Shown one piece after another: positions 39,350 through 57,411 of a stretch of DNA of 64,000 nucleotides. The translations under genes were made by a program, and so were the position numbers. Source of the stretch: Octopus vulgaris (lineage: Eukaryota); assembly GCA_951406725.2 (NCBI GenBank), contig OX597817.1:94302001-94366000 (forward strand), written 5' to 3'. Within the stretch, counting starts at the first letter, position 1. Every line of letters begins with the position of its first letter. Under the pieces are notes generated by a model. It was not told where the DNA came from, made no database searches, and was given only the letters and a program-made list of their open reading frames with translations.

Positions 39350-39354
39350 TATAC

Positions 39355-39423
<69 letters not shown>

Positions 39424-39425
<2 letters not shown>

Positions 39426-39763
39426 AAGGGACAAACAAGGACAGACAAAGGGATTGAGTCGATTACATCGACCCCAGTGTGTAACTGGCACTTATTTAAT
39501 AGACCCCGAAAGGGTGAAAGGCAAAGTCGACCTCGGCGAAATTCCAACTCAGATCGTAACGGCAAACGAAATACCTATTTCTTTACTACCCACAAGGGGC
39601 TAAACACAGAGAGGACAAACAAGGACAGACAAACGGATTAAGTAGATTATATCGTCCCCAGTGCGTAACTAGTACTTATTTAATGGACCCCGAAAGGATG
39701 AAAGGCAAAGTCGACCTCGACGGAAATTTAACTCAGAACGTAGCGGCATACGAAATACCGCTA

Positions 39764-39768
<5 letters not shown>
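39424..39768 (-). mobile_element. Dimeric SINE family B
   Basis: Near-identical reverse complement of 43143-43486. Confidence 0.85.
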
Positions 39769-39837
<69 letters not shown>

Positions 39838-39839
<2 letters not shown>

Positions 39840-41756
39840 TAAGCACCTGTGTATACCGTTTGGTGGTGTAGGTGGCGGAGTAAATTGATCAAAATAAAAA
39901 CATGATGCGAAGGATTCAGCGGTACATATGTTTCGGGCCTTTATTAGACAGATTTATAACAATGCATAATGTATGTCTGTGGCCTTCTTCAGCCGCGCAC
40001 AACAGCTTCCACAAGGACATGTGTTACATCAAAAATTCTTGGTTGGGGATGCAAATCCTCTCATTCGCGTACGACATAATGCGGCAGCAGCATAGAATTG
40101 AAGCGTCCATCTCTTTCTTCTCTCAATGTAGAATGAGGAAATTTGGATGTTGAAGTAATGTAAATAAATAAATACATATATAGACGTGAAGATGGAGGTG
40201 CGAGAATTCAGGACGAGGGATAAAAAATGTATAAAGATATAAAGGGATATAAGGAGATATATAAAGAAATATAAATGAATGTAAAGGCATAAGGTTATAA
40301 AGTAAAAATAGAAATAGAAATAAAAGTAAAAATTAAAAAAATAAAAATAGGAATAAACATGATAAAAATGTAAAAAAATATAAAGATAAGGGATGTATAG
40401 AGGTTACGGACCAAACATGGTGGTCAGGAGATTGATAAAATTTAGTTGTAGAAGTTTTGGGTGTCAATAAATCAACAGTGTCGTCTGGGGACCTAGTGTG
40501 TTGTAAATCAGAGCTGTTGAGCGTTTAATCTAGTTCTTTGAATTAATTGGTCATCTTGTACATACATACCATCATGGATACATACACCCATATACACGCG
40601 TACATATACGCGCGCATACACGGCTCCAAGCCTATAAGCATACACACGCACTCACGTGTAAACATGTACATAAACACACACACACCCACACGCACGCGCG
40701 TACATATACATACATACAACAGAATATCCGCATGTATACACGGACATTATACGTGTACACACCCATATATACATACGTGCGTCCATCCTTACATACACAT
40801 ACACATATGCCCACGCTTCCAGGTTTAGATATAAGATATTAAAGGATGTATATAAGAACGTATGTAAAGAATCACGCACTCACGTCTACACGTGCACGCA
40901 CACACGGCTGTGTGTCCATATGTGCGTGCACATATACACTTACATACACACACAGAGACATACGCGCATATGGGTATAGCTATAAGATATTAAAAGATGT
41001 ATACAAATAGGTGTAAACATATGAATATAAGAAAACATGTAAAAAAATGTAAAGAAATACGGGGTATGCACATCCAGACGTAGATGTTTACTCGTACATA
41101 TGTACACATATGTATACGTATACATACGTACACGGACGCTCGTATAATCATAAAGTGGATCCATAGGTAAGTAAATAAGGGATAAGCAAAACAGATAGAC
41201 ATATATAGAGATATAAAGCGATAAGTTAGGGGTAAGAATGAGGGTAAGGGTAAAAATTAGAAATAAAAGTAAGAAATACAATATAAAATAAGAAATACAA
41301 TGTAAAAGTTAGAAATGAAACATAAAAATTATAAAAATTATAAGAATTAAGATAAGGGATGAAAATAAAAATGAGAATAAAGGTAAAGCGAAGTAGAATA
41401 GGATAAAGCAAAATAAAAGTAAAAATAAAAATAAAATAAAATAAAAATATAATCTGGTAAAGTTTAACATGAGATGAAGGTGGTTGAAAGTTAGAGGTGT
41501 GTGTTAAAGGTGCCCACGTAGGGGCGGGCGGGGGGAACTGAAAATTGGAAGGGTGGGAAGTGGAGTTTGGCGATGTGCGTTCAACATCCGTGTTAGAAAT
41601 GTGAAAGGGTATAGATATAGGGAAATAAAGAGACTATATAGGAAGGATATGGGTTAGGAGAAGAAATATGTAGGGAAAAAAAAGACATATATGGGAGACA
41701 AAATGTGTATATATAGGAGGAAAATGCAGGGAAACATATATGCACATACACACACC

Positions 41757-41794
<38 letters not shown>

Positions 41795-42912
41795 CATATA
41801 CGTACACATATGTGCACATACATGTATATACGCACACATATACACATATACATGCACATATAGGAAAGCAGGATGTGCTGGAGCCGACAGGTTGCACCGG
41901 GTGGGAGGAAATTGCATGGGGGAGTTGGTATAATAACCTAAGCTTTGTAGTATTTGAAAGTATTAATAAGTTTGTGTATACAGGATGGTTTGAACTCTGA
42001 CCTTTTGTTAATAAGATTGTGTTTGTCTTTGAATTTCAAGATGTTCAGGAGTTCTACACAACATAGTTGGCATCCTGCTCTATTATTTAAATAAGGTGCA
42101 GCTGATCCGATGATGGACCACCTGAGATTGAAGCCTATGCATTTGTCTTTTAATTCCCAAATTTTTTTTAGAAAGGGAGGTGCTGTTAGCCTTATGTTAG
42201 CCTTATGTCTACAACCGGTGGTTGTAGTATCTGGATTTCCAGGAGGTTGAGCAACCTATGTAGGTGAGTGTGTTAAACTGGGTACTCACCTCACATGAAT
42301 ATATTACGTTTTTCGCCCTACATGCGCCTTGTAGCGGGCACTCTGATGCACATCTGCAGTTGCATTGCATTGCATTATTCGGTCGTGTGCTGCTAATCTC
42401 AGGCGGAGGTGTTGCAATACGAGTGGGGGCGTTGATATCCTCCTGGTTGTTGATGGGTGTAGTATTTCCTCTGTTGTGTTGGCGGGTGTTATTACTAACT
42501 GTTTGGGTAATATGGCTGCCAGTCTGATTATATTGTCTACTATCTGGATGAGGGGGGTTCTGTTGGTCGCTATAGCTTGCTCTTGATCTAGCTGTTCTAA
42601 TATTAATATAATTATGTTTAGCTATGAGGCAGCTCATGTTGGGCAGGGTAGAGTAGGAAATCCTAATGGTTTGAGAGAAGAAAGAGATGGACGCTTCAAT
42701 TCTATGCTGCTGCCGCATTATGTCGTACGCGAATGAGAGGATTTGCATCCCCAACCAAGAATTTTTGATGTAACACATGTCCTTGTGGAAGCTGTTGTGC
42801 GCGGATGAAGAAGGCCACAGACATACATTATCCATTGTTATAAATCTGTCTAATAAAGGCCCGTAACATATGTACCGCTGAATCCTTCGCATCATGTTTT
42901 TATTTTGATCAA
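39838..42912 (-). mobile_element. Penelope-like element family P2: inverted pLTR (42672-42912), GIY-YIG remnant (41938-42670), long low-complexity 3' region, pLTR (39838-40124)
   Basis: IRISYSTLPNM, CNCRCASECPLQGAC, NVIYSC..TYIGCS, SRYYNH, QLCCVE, LINKRSE..CIH; 39885-40124 is repeated inverted at 42672-42912; both ends in (TA)n. Confidence 0.87.
39919..39996 (-). ncRNA. Hammerhead ribozyme motif in P2 pLTR
   Basis: gcgg-CTGAAGA-aggcc..ggccc-GAA-ACATATGT-A-ccgc; the inverted copy at 42801-42878 (+) has ATGAAGA and GTAA core mutations. Confidence 0.75.
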
Positions 42913-42914
42913 AT

Positions 42915-43506
<592 letters not shown>

Positions 43507-43522
43507 AATATATATATATATA

Positions 43523-43615
<93 letters not shown>

Positions 43616-43926
43616 TTAATAAAAAAAATAATAAATAAATAAATAAAAAAATAAATAAAATATCTATATATATATATAAAAATTTATAAATATTAATTAA
43701 TAATTTTACATTTTAAACTTTGCATTTAAATAATTTAAATTTCGAATTTTATATTTTATATATTTTGTATATATATTAATTAATTTTCTTTCTATGTTTT
43801 GGTTTATGTTTTTCACTGTTTGATTTGCCTAATAGTGGTTTTATCTCTAATTTAATTTATATTTATACTGTAAAATTGGATTTAATCCTAAATCTAATGT
43901 TTCCCTGTAAGTCTGGATTTACTCCC

Positions 43927-43978
<52 letters not shown>

Positions 43979-44498
43979 ATTAATATATTGATAAATTACG
44001 TTTATTGAGTGTAATATCTCAATTTCGTAAGTTATGGAATTTACAGGTAAGATGGAATCGCTATTTTGGAATTCATCTTTGAAGGATATTCCAATACCTC
44101 CTAGAAAAGAATATATTTTGAAACTTAGTAATATTAAGGATTTTGTTTCTAAAAGTAAATGGAAAGCCTACTATTATAACTATAATATATATAATTTTAA
44201 TGATAGTATGAATGATAATAATTTTACTTCTAATTTTAAATCTAAAATAGAGATTTACAGATCTTAGAAGATAATAATTGGAAGGTGGTGAAAAACATTA
44301 AATTTCATAAATACCCAAACAGAAATAATGAATATTTAAGAAATTTAAGAAATTTAGCTATTAGAATTAAAGAAATGAGAAATATGGATGGTATTATAGT
44401 ACAATCAGATAAAACTAGGAATCTATATAAATTGGATGTTAAATTATATGATAACCTTTTAGAGAAAGAGATAATTATAAAATATAAAATTGTTCCAA

Positions 44499-44908
44499 GC
44501 GCAGGAGTGGCTGTGTGGTAAGTAGCTTGTTTACCAACCACATGGTTCCGGGTTCAGTCCCACTGCGTGGCACCTTGGGCGAGTGTCTTCTACTATAGTC
44601 TCGGGCCGACCAAAGCCTTGTGAGTGGATTTGGTAGACGGAAACTGAAAGAAGCCCGTCGTATATATTTATATATATGCGTGTGTGTGTTTGTGTGTCTG
44701 TGTTTGTCCCTCTAGCATTGCTTGACAAACGATGCTGGTGTGTTTATGTCCCCGTTACTTAGCGGTTCGGTAAAAGAGACCGATAGAATAAGTACTGGGC
44801 TTACAAAAGAATAAGTCCCGGGGTCGAGTTGCTCGATTAAAGGCGGTGCTCCAGCATGGCCGCAATCAAATGACTGAAACAAGTAAAAGAGTAAAAGAGT
44901 AAAGAGAG
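44499..44908 (+). mobile_element. SINE family A, full-length, inserted in the P3 ORF
   Basis: A-box-like tggctgtgtggt, B-box-like gggttcagtcc, CORE-like ggcaccttgggcgagt, gtaaaaga tail; interrupts the ORF after IKYKIVP. Confidence 0.9.
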
Positions 44909-47654
44909 TACACTTTATACTATAAATAAGGCCTCTAAATTAGTCATGATAAACTATGAGTTGGATAATAAAACTGAACCTTATGTACCTATGCACCATA
45001 GAATTACTCTGAAAGACCATAAAGATAATTTTTATTCAGACCCTAAAGTTAGATTAATTTGTCCTTGTAAATCAGACTTTGGTAAATTGAGTAAACTCAT
45101 TTTAGATAAATATATTAATAAATTAAATAAGCTTAACTACCTAAAATTATGGTTTAGTAATAATAATACTTTAAATTGGTTTAATAATATTAAAGAAAAA
45201 ATCGATATAAATTTATTCAAATAGATATAGATAATTATTCTTCTTCTATTAATGAAATTGTGTTTAATAAGGCCCTTATGTTTGCAATGAATAAAGTGGG
45301 AATGACTTTTGAAGAGGTTAATGTAATTAAAATGGCTAGAAAATCGTTTATTAGATACAAAAATAAATTGTGGGCTAGGAAGGATACTAGGGACTATTTT
45401 GATATACCTATGGGGGCACCCGATTCTGCACAAGCTACGGATTTGGTAGGTATTTATCTATTATCTGAACTTCCATTAGAAAATTTAAAAATAGAGGGTG
45501 GTTTATATAGGGATGACCTTTTATTAATTACTAAGAATTGCACTAATAGGAACCTAGAATTATACAAGAAAAAACTTTATAGTTTCTTTCAAAGATATGG
45601 TTTAAGTATTACTATATATAATGAGAATTTTAATGTTAATGATTTAGATGTTAATTTTATCATAAACTTAATGAAAAACTTAGATATGTAAATGTTAATA
45701 GTAATCACCCACCATCAATTAAAAAATCGCTGATTAATAATATAAGTAAACGTATATCATTCCTTTCTTATGATTTAGAGATTTTTAATAAACATGCACC
45801 TTATTACAATGAGGCCCTAAGAGAGGCAGGTTATAATAGTAATATTAAATTGTTTATTAAAAATAAAGATAAAAATATTAGTAATAATTATAATAATTAT
45901 GTTAGTAATATTAGTAGTAATTTTAGTAATTATAAAAATAAAAATAAAAATAAGAATGAAATTAAAAATAAAACAAATTTTAATATTAATTCATTAAATG
46001 TTAATTATAATTATAAATTTAAATTTAATAATATTATAAAGAAATATAATAATAGTAATGGTAATAATAATGGTAATAATAATGATTAATTATAATAATG
46101 ATAATAATAAGAATAAGAATGATAGTGATAATAATAAAAAGAATAAAAATAAGAATAAAATTTGGTTAATTGTTCCTTATGGTGCTCAAGTTAAAACGAA
46201 CATTATTAAAGAGATTTTAGATATTATTGAACAATTTATTGATGATAATCGTAAATATAAAAAAAAATTATCTAGTAATAACTTTGGAGTAGGTTATTCT
46301 ACCACTAATAATACCAATAATAATAAAGATAAGACACTCATTAACTGTACATGTAGAGATAAAACTAAGTGCAAATTTAATAACAAATGTGATTTAGACG
46401 ATATAGTGTATAAATGTATAGTTACATTACTTAATGAGAATAATAGGAATAATAATAACTTAAACGCAATATATATAGGGTCCACTTCCCCTAAAATAAA
46501 ATTAAGAATCGCACAGCATATGCATTCATTTATAAATAAAAACCTAATTAACTCAACAGGACTTAGCAAGTACATATGGGGACTTAAATCCCAGTACTAA
46601 GTATGATTTAAGGTGGGAAATAATAAGTAAGGCTAAATCATATAGTATAGGAGGCAATTATTGTTATTTATGTTCTAATGAGTTTAAAGAAATTTTATTT
46701 TATGGGCATAATAATTTAGTGAATACTCTGGATGAGCGTAAAATAAAATGCAGACACGGGTTACTTTACTCTTATAATGTATTTCTAGATAAATAATGAC
46801 TATATCTAAACCCTATTTTGTTCCTAATTTGTAGATTTATGTATTAGTATTAATCTAAAATTTAGTATGTGATTTATAATACTTATTACATGATTTTATA
46901 TGTTATATTAAATAAACAATGTAATATTCTAATAATTTTATAAATATATTACTTTATAGTAGTGTAGTGTTTCCAATTCTTTATGAGGTTTTGTATTAGT
47001 CTATTATAGTTATTAAAGGTTCTTTATTTACTTAAAGTTAGATTATATTTAATTGTTTATTTTATTACTAAATATTTAATGGTTTTATTGAATATAGATT
47101 TAGGAAGGTTTTAATTTTGAATGTATAAGACAATTTTCTTTTCGTTATGTAATATTTTTTATAATGATAATTTATTCAATTATAGAACAATGTATTTGAT
47201 CTATCGATAAATTAATTTACCTATTTAATTAGGTTAATTTAATATTGATTAGTATTTATTTTTGAGTATTAATAGTATGTTATATAATATAAATATTTAT
47301 CTTACACTAGAGTTAAGTTTATATTTTGTTATATTTTTGTTATAAATTTGTTAAATCAATCTATATGTATTAATCTTTATATTTGAAGTAGATTTATTTA
47401 GATGTTTATTTAATCAATTTTATTTAATATAGATGTATAGATTAGTAAGATAGAATAAATGGCTAAAACGAAATGTTTACCTGTATGTTTGTATGGAAGT
47501 ATGAATATAGGTACTTATATACGTATGTATTCATATGATATATGTGTGTATGTATGTGTATATATATGTATATGTATATGTACGTGCATATATATGTATA
47601 TGTATATGTATATATGTATGTGTGTGTATATATATATGTATATATTGTGTGTTG

Positions 47655-47701
<47 letters not shown>

Positions 47702-49522
47702 ACACATACACAGTAATACATCACCTTATGAGAAGCGCTTTACGAGACAATGGGTTCTGTTCACGAGTTTTAGTTTAAAATAAAAGCGTACTCTGGGAAA
47801 GAATTTACTCGTACGTCGAGGCTTTACTATAATTTTTCATATATATTTATTAATCTTATAAGATTTTTAGAGTAAACATAGTAATTAGTAGTTATTAATT
47901 ATTTAATTTATTTAGCATAAGTATTATTTATCATAGTTATTTTAATAATAAATCTTATAGTATAGAGTGGTTCTATTCTTTAATTGTGACTTCATTCTAT
48001 TTACATTTATTGATTAACCATAACTTTTTCCATTGACCTATTTAATTACAATTTTCATTGATAAAGCGTATTTGTAGTTCTTCACTTTTATAGAATTCTT
48101 CAACAATTTATTCTATTTTTGTTAATAACGTAATTCCATGAGTATTCTCATGAACGCTGAAAATACGTTTTCCGATTTAAAATTTTAGTTCATCACAAAA
48201 CCTTTCAAAGCTAAGTATATATTTATATTTAAGATTTTTAATTTTTAAAATTTTAATATTTTAATAAGTCTTATTGTATAATTTTGTATTTTATATAAAT
48301 ACTGATTGTTATGTAATGATTTAGTTATCGTAGCTATTTATATAATTATTAGATTTTAACTCTACGTTTATTTAAGACTTTACTTAGCGAAAGAGATATA
48401 TAGATCGTTAAAAGTAATACGAGTTTTTTTAAAGTTAGGTTTCATGTATTTACATTTATTGATAGCATAATTTTAGTCTTTATTAACTATATTTGTTGAT
48501 AGTTATTTAGTTATTATTTTAAATATTTTATAATTGTTAGATGTGTACTTAAATCTAATATATGAATAATGATTTTTTAGTTAATTAATTTGATAATTAA
48601 ATTTTTAGACTATAACTGAGTTAAGGATATTTGTGAGTTTATGTTTTTTAAAGCTGCTTTGTATATTCATAAATATCTCTAACAGTTGACTTCGTCTATT
48701 ATAACTTATATATTGCTATTTTCAATTGATAATTTGTAGTAGTATTTTTCATTGATAAATATATTCGTAGCATTTATTGGATACTATATAACTACGGATT
48801 GATAATTTCATTAAGTATTTAGTTGTTGAAGATATGTATTTCATTATTCCATTTTAGTTCTTAACTATACGGTTTTTGTAAGTTATTAATTAGCCAACGA
48901 GATATAAGGATTATTAATTAGTTATAGCGTTCTTTTAAGATAGTTTGTTTGTTTGTTTACAATTTGCTTTTTCATCTTTAATCTTTTAATTTTTAATATA
49001 TTTCATAAGTAATAATGAATAATTAATTTATTAGGTTTTTATTAAACGTGCATATATATTTATTGATAGAGATAATTTTTGATCTTAATTCTTATATTTA
49101 CATGCATTTATATATATTCATTGATAATTTAGTTATTATTCAAATATTATATAATTATTTGATTTGAAATTAAATTTAATAATATGAATAGTGATAATTT
49201 TTTTTGATTATTTTTTTTGTTAAATATTTAGGTAAATTAGATATTGACTATAACTGAGATTAGATTATTTGTGGGTTTATTATGTTTTTTTAAAAGCCAT
49301 ATTATATCTGAATAGTTAAATACATTTTCTATCTATTCTTACATTAAAAATTATTATTTATAAATTAATTTTTAACATTATATTCGATTGTATGACATAA
49401 TCATAATCGTTAAAGTTTCTAGTTTGATAATAGATTTTTTTATAAGAAAAATTATTATTTTATTTATTTCTTTAAAAAATATTGTTTAAATATATTTGAT
49501 TATTTATTTAACTATTATCATT

Positions 49523-49620
49523 AACCTGAAGATTGACTATAACCATAATTCGAATTATTAATTGAATTTAAATTATTGTTATTCGAATTAGGTTATGGGC
49601 ATGAAACGATCGCAGTGGTT
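49523..49620 (+). ncRNA. Degenerate hammerhead motif near P3 3' end
   Basis: CTGAAGA-long stem II (tataacc..aattcgaat/attcgaatt..ggttatg)-GAA-ACGATCG then CA; cleavage-site U changed and stem I weak. Confidence 0.5.
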
Positions 49621-49924
49621 TTACTTTTTATCTTATATTAAACTTTTTAATACTTTTTGATAGTTATATATATTTAATAAAAAAAAATAAATAAATAAAA
49701 TAATTTTAAAAATAAAAATAAAAATATATATATATATATAAATTTATAAATATTAATTAATAATTTTAAATTTTGAACTTTAAATTTTAAAAATTTAAAT
49801 TTTGAATTTTATATGTTATATATTTTGTATATTATATTAATTGATTTTATTTCTATTTTTTGGGTTATGTTTTTCACTGTTTGATTTGCCTAATAGTGGT
49901 TTTATCTCTAATATATATATATAT

Positions 49925-53171
<3,247 letters not shown>

Positions 53172-53564
53172 GTATGATTACAATGAAGAAATACATGCAT
53201 ACATATACATATATATATATATATATATATAGATAGATAGATTGATAGATATAGATATACACACACACACACACATATGTATGTCACCACGCGCGCGAGC
53301 ACATACTTATACACATACGAGCATAAATAGGTCAATGGTACACCTACACACACACGCACACATATGCACACCAACACATATATAACCGCACAAACATTCA
53401 CAAACGTCATTAGGTCACAGGGCACGTAGATTTAAGCAACATTTAAGAAATATAAACAAAAGACAGAAACAGAAATGGAACCACGTTGGTAAATGGCGTC
53501 TGTTGGGTTGATATCTACTGTAATGGTGTGTACACACATGCACATACACACACAGACATATATG

Positions 53565-53597
<33 letters not shown>

Positions 53598-53686
53598 GTG
53601 AGTGTATATAGCTAAGTATATTTATGCGTGAGTATATGTATCTGTGTCCATGCATATGTATATATGTGTACACTTGCATATATATG

Positions 53687-53717
<31 letters not shown>

Positions 53718-53937
53718 ACATATCTATATATATATGCATAGTTACGTAATATAAACATGAGTGTGTGTGTGTGGGGGGGTGTTTGAATCTATAGTCAACT
53801 GTTTCATTCCATGAAATCTCCGGTGTTTATTGCATCCAGATGGATGAATAAACTGTAGGTCTCTTTTGAAATGCATTCATGACTTACAAATATTCATGTA
53901 AGTACACACACACACACACACACACACACCTCACACA

Positions 53938-53992
<55 letters not shown>

Positions 53993-54609
53993 GTATACAC
54001 ACACACATATACATGTGTGCGTACACAGGCATTCACGCGTATTGCACACACATCCGTATAGACGTAGGAATATAAAAAGACGCAAGCATACTTCTAAACA
54101 TACTCAGTTATTCCTATATATAATCTATTTTTCTCTCCTTTTCTCTCTCTGCTTTCCTCTTTTTCTCTATCCTCTCTTTTCTACTCTCTCACACACACAC
54201 ACACACATACACACATACACAAGCACGTAGCAGCACCGGTATACATACACACTCTCATGCATACATGTGTTCCCAACTCGGACACGAATACACACGTGAC
54301 AATATACACACACTCGCATATTAAAAGACACAAATATTAAATGTTGTACCTCCTTCTCCTTCTCATCCCTCTCCCTCCTCCCCGTACCTTTCTCTCCCTT
54401 TCTCGCCGCTTCCCTTTTCTTCTTCTTCTTCTTTTTCTTTTCTTCTTCTTCTTCTTCTTCTTCTTCTTCTCTCTCTCTCCTTCTCTCTCTTTCTCTCACC
54501 GTGAGGCACGCACCCACATGCATCCACAGACAGACATACGCAATCGAATAAATTCCAACACAAACCAAATTTTGCAGCCAACTCTCTCACACATCCACAC
54601 ACAAATATA

Positions 54610-54643
<34 letters not shown>

Positions 54644-56746
54644 CTCGTCTCTCTGTCTCTCTCTCACACACACACATACACCAACTTTTTCAACTCCAGT
54701 TACTGGATGTAACAGAAGCAGTTTCTGCCGTAAATTTACACAGCACCGCCCTTTAGCGGCAGTTGTTGACACATTCGTAGTTCCCTGGATTTGGTAGTTT
54801 CCATAACTGAACGGAAGTTAATGATCAAAGAGTGAGAGAGAGAGAGAGAGGGGGTGGGGAGAAAGGGAGAAAGGGTGGAGTGAAAGAGAGAGAGGAGGGA
54901 GAAAGTGAGTGAGAGATACAAATATTTTCTGTCTACAAAAACAACAACAACAATAGCAGCAACAATAGCAATAACAACAGCAACAGCACTAATAACCACA
55001 GCTGCGAAAACGACAAATTTAGATCAACAAATTAATATCCTCAACAATAAATATCAATAACAACGACAACTGTAACATTGGCAGCAATGATGATACCGAC
55101 CATTTTAGGTTTGGGGTCATAACAACGGATTCGTCTGTTTGAACTCTTTTCCTCTGTGATAGCCTTTGTTTGAGTCGTTTGCTTTTATTCTGCAGAATAT
55201 CCTCTCCGTGCTTCTCTACCATTGCCCTCACTCTGGTTCGGTCCCTGTGGTATAGCACATTGGTGATTCGTATTTTTCGCCTCCCATATTCTCAGATATT
55301 GTGAAATCATGCTAAACTCTTGGGACAAGCAAGCGGTAGTAGTCACAGACTTACTTTCTATCGCGTTGTTTCAAACAGCTACAACTGCCCCGCGCTGTTT
55401 ACTACTTATGTATTCTACAATGGACCACACAACCTGCAAACATTTTTCTATTTGTGCTCGACTAGCACTCTGTAGTTTTCACTCTTGTCTGTTTATGCAT
55501 TTCTAAATATTGTTAGACTTGGTGATGGTCATCTTTTGTCAATTAAACACTGGCACTATTCATTTTATTTTCCCGTTAGTTTTTCCCGTTATCACTATTT
55601 TGTTTTTGCTTATTTGTTCTGTGACCTCTTCAACGACTCTCTCTCCCACGTGTCGCCCCTTGCCTTGTCAATTCTCTTTTGTCGTATATATAAATAGTAA
55701 TTTCCCCCTTTCCTTCCTTTTTCCTGTGTGCTTTCTATCTCAGACAGAGGAAGTTTCACCAGTCTCGGACGTGTAAATATTGCACGTATATATCTTTATA
55801 TATTCGTCGTTGCGAAATGCTTAATTCACTCATTGCTGGTTAGAGCAGTAAAGTCATTTTTTGTTCTGGTCTGCTGCTGCTGCTGTTTTTGTTATTGTTG
55901 TTGATACTGTTGTGGTTGTTGTTACCGTTATTAATTCCCCTCCACCCACCTCAGAATAAGAAGCAAATCACATTGACGTTTATTCATCTCCCACGTCTTG
56001 TTACTGTTACTGCAACAGTATTCCTATAATAAGACGGTCGCTTGACGAATGTGTCGCTCCTTCACTCTTCACTTTTCACTCTCTATACGTTACATATCTG
56101 AGTGGTAAATATTTCATCACAAGCGTCCGTAGTCAATGTTGTATAACAAAATCTAACATCCCACAATTGACAATTCTCTCCCCTCTCCTGCAAGAGAAGA
56201 TATAAAATGGAAAATTGACCAAAAGAGAGCGGATTTGTTTCTCTAAGCAGCAGCAGAAAAAACAATTTAATCAAACACATCCTTATTTGAAAATACTCGG
56301 GAATTCACGGAGATTGAACGTGTCTTCTCCGTAAGGGTTGTTAATAATAATGCAGTACCAGGCAGTGGATCTCATGGCTTTTGTTCTTAATTTATTGGAA
56401 GTGTTATCTTAGTATATATTTTGCCATGGTATAAAAGATGGGCCGCAGCAAATATTCTGTTTAATACCAAAGATTTGCTTGTCAGATTTGCTTACCCAGT
56501 TGCGCATGTCCCTTAGTGGCTGAGCTGAGGATATGTACATTTCTGACCACAAGCAGAAGTAGTGGGGTAGCATCATAGCCATGTGTTAAGAGGAATCCTC
56601 GCGTCAGATGTCGAAGTGATCGCAGAGCAAAGTAAGATTAATTGTTTTGCTCAAGAACACAACGCACCACCCAGGCTAGGAATTGAAACCTCGATTTCGC
56701 GATCGTGAGTGCTACTCCCTATAATAATAATAATAATAATAATAAT

Positions 56747-56801
<55 letters not shown>

Positions 56802-56804
<3 letters not shown>

Positions 56805-57358
56805 GCCCTGATGCAGTACCAGGCAATGGCTCTCGTGGCTTCTGATCTTAACTGATTGGAAGTGTTATCATGTACATTGTTTTGTCTTGGTATAAAAGAT
56901 GGGCTACAGCAAATATTCTGCTCAATACCACAGATTTGCTTGTCAGTTGTTTGACCTTAACCAGTTGAGCATGTCCCTTAGTGGCTGACGATATGTGCAT
57001 CTCTGATCACGAGCAGAAGTAGTGGGGGAGCATCATAGCCATGTGTTGAGAGGGATTCTTTGGGGTTTGGATAATTCACCTCTGGAAACATGGGTGTTTC
57101 GTTCAACGTCCTTAAACAACCCTTATTCAGGGACCTTTTGAGTGGGATGGGTTACTCGATCTGAAGAAAATTCTAACTGGGCTCCACCTGCAAGGTCATG
57201 TGCTGTTTAACTTGATATGAGATCACCATGTCGCGCACATATGGCTGTGATGCATGTGCCTGGTGTACCCTTATCAGACGGGTAGTCATGATGGGTATAC
57301 TGGGCTTCGTATATTTTACCCCAGTGTCACTTTGATGGCATGCCCTGCTCGCTCACTC
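56802..57358 (+). mobile_element. Non-coding interspersed repeat of about 560 bp bounded by (TAA)n arrays; orientation assumed
   Basis: A diverged partial second copy lies at ~56349-56598; both ends abut (AAT)n; no ORF. Confidence 0.65.
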
Positions 57359-57379
57359 AATAATAATAATAATAATTAA

Positions 57380-57407
<28 letters not shown>

Positions 57408-57411
<4 letters not shown>

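Larger units (their letters stand above)
43612..49912 (+). mobile_element. Apparently full-length, extremely AT-rich Penelope-like element family P3 with direct terminal repeats
   Basis: Direct repeat ~43612-43851 / ~49670-49912 ending cactgtttgatttgcctaatagtggttttatctctaat; disrupted ORF 44034-46796: SLKDIPIP, SDKTRNLY, ITLKDHKDNF, DIPMGAPDSAQ, GGLYRDD, CTCRDKTKC, IVYKC..IYIGST, CYLC, CRH. Confidence 0.88.

Noticed and set aside
42672-42895. N-terminal ~75 aa of the 228-aa ORF (MMRRIQRY...), repeated at 39902
   Set aside because: Antisense reading of the non-coding pLTR; the duplication is explained by the inverted repeat. The same applies to the ORFs at 49941 and 52651.
44499-44575. tRNA gene
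   Set aside because: A/B-box-like motifs are present but continue directly into the SINE body; no complete cloverleaf.
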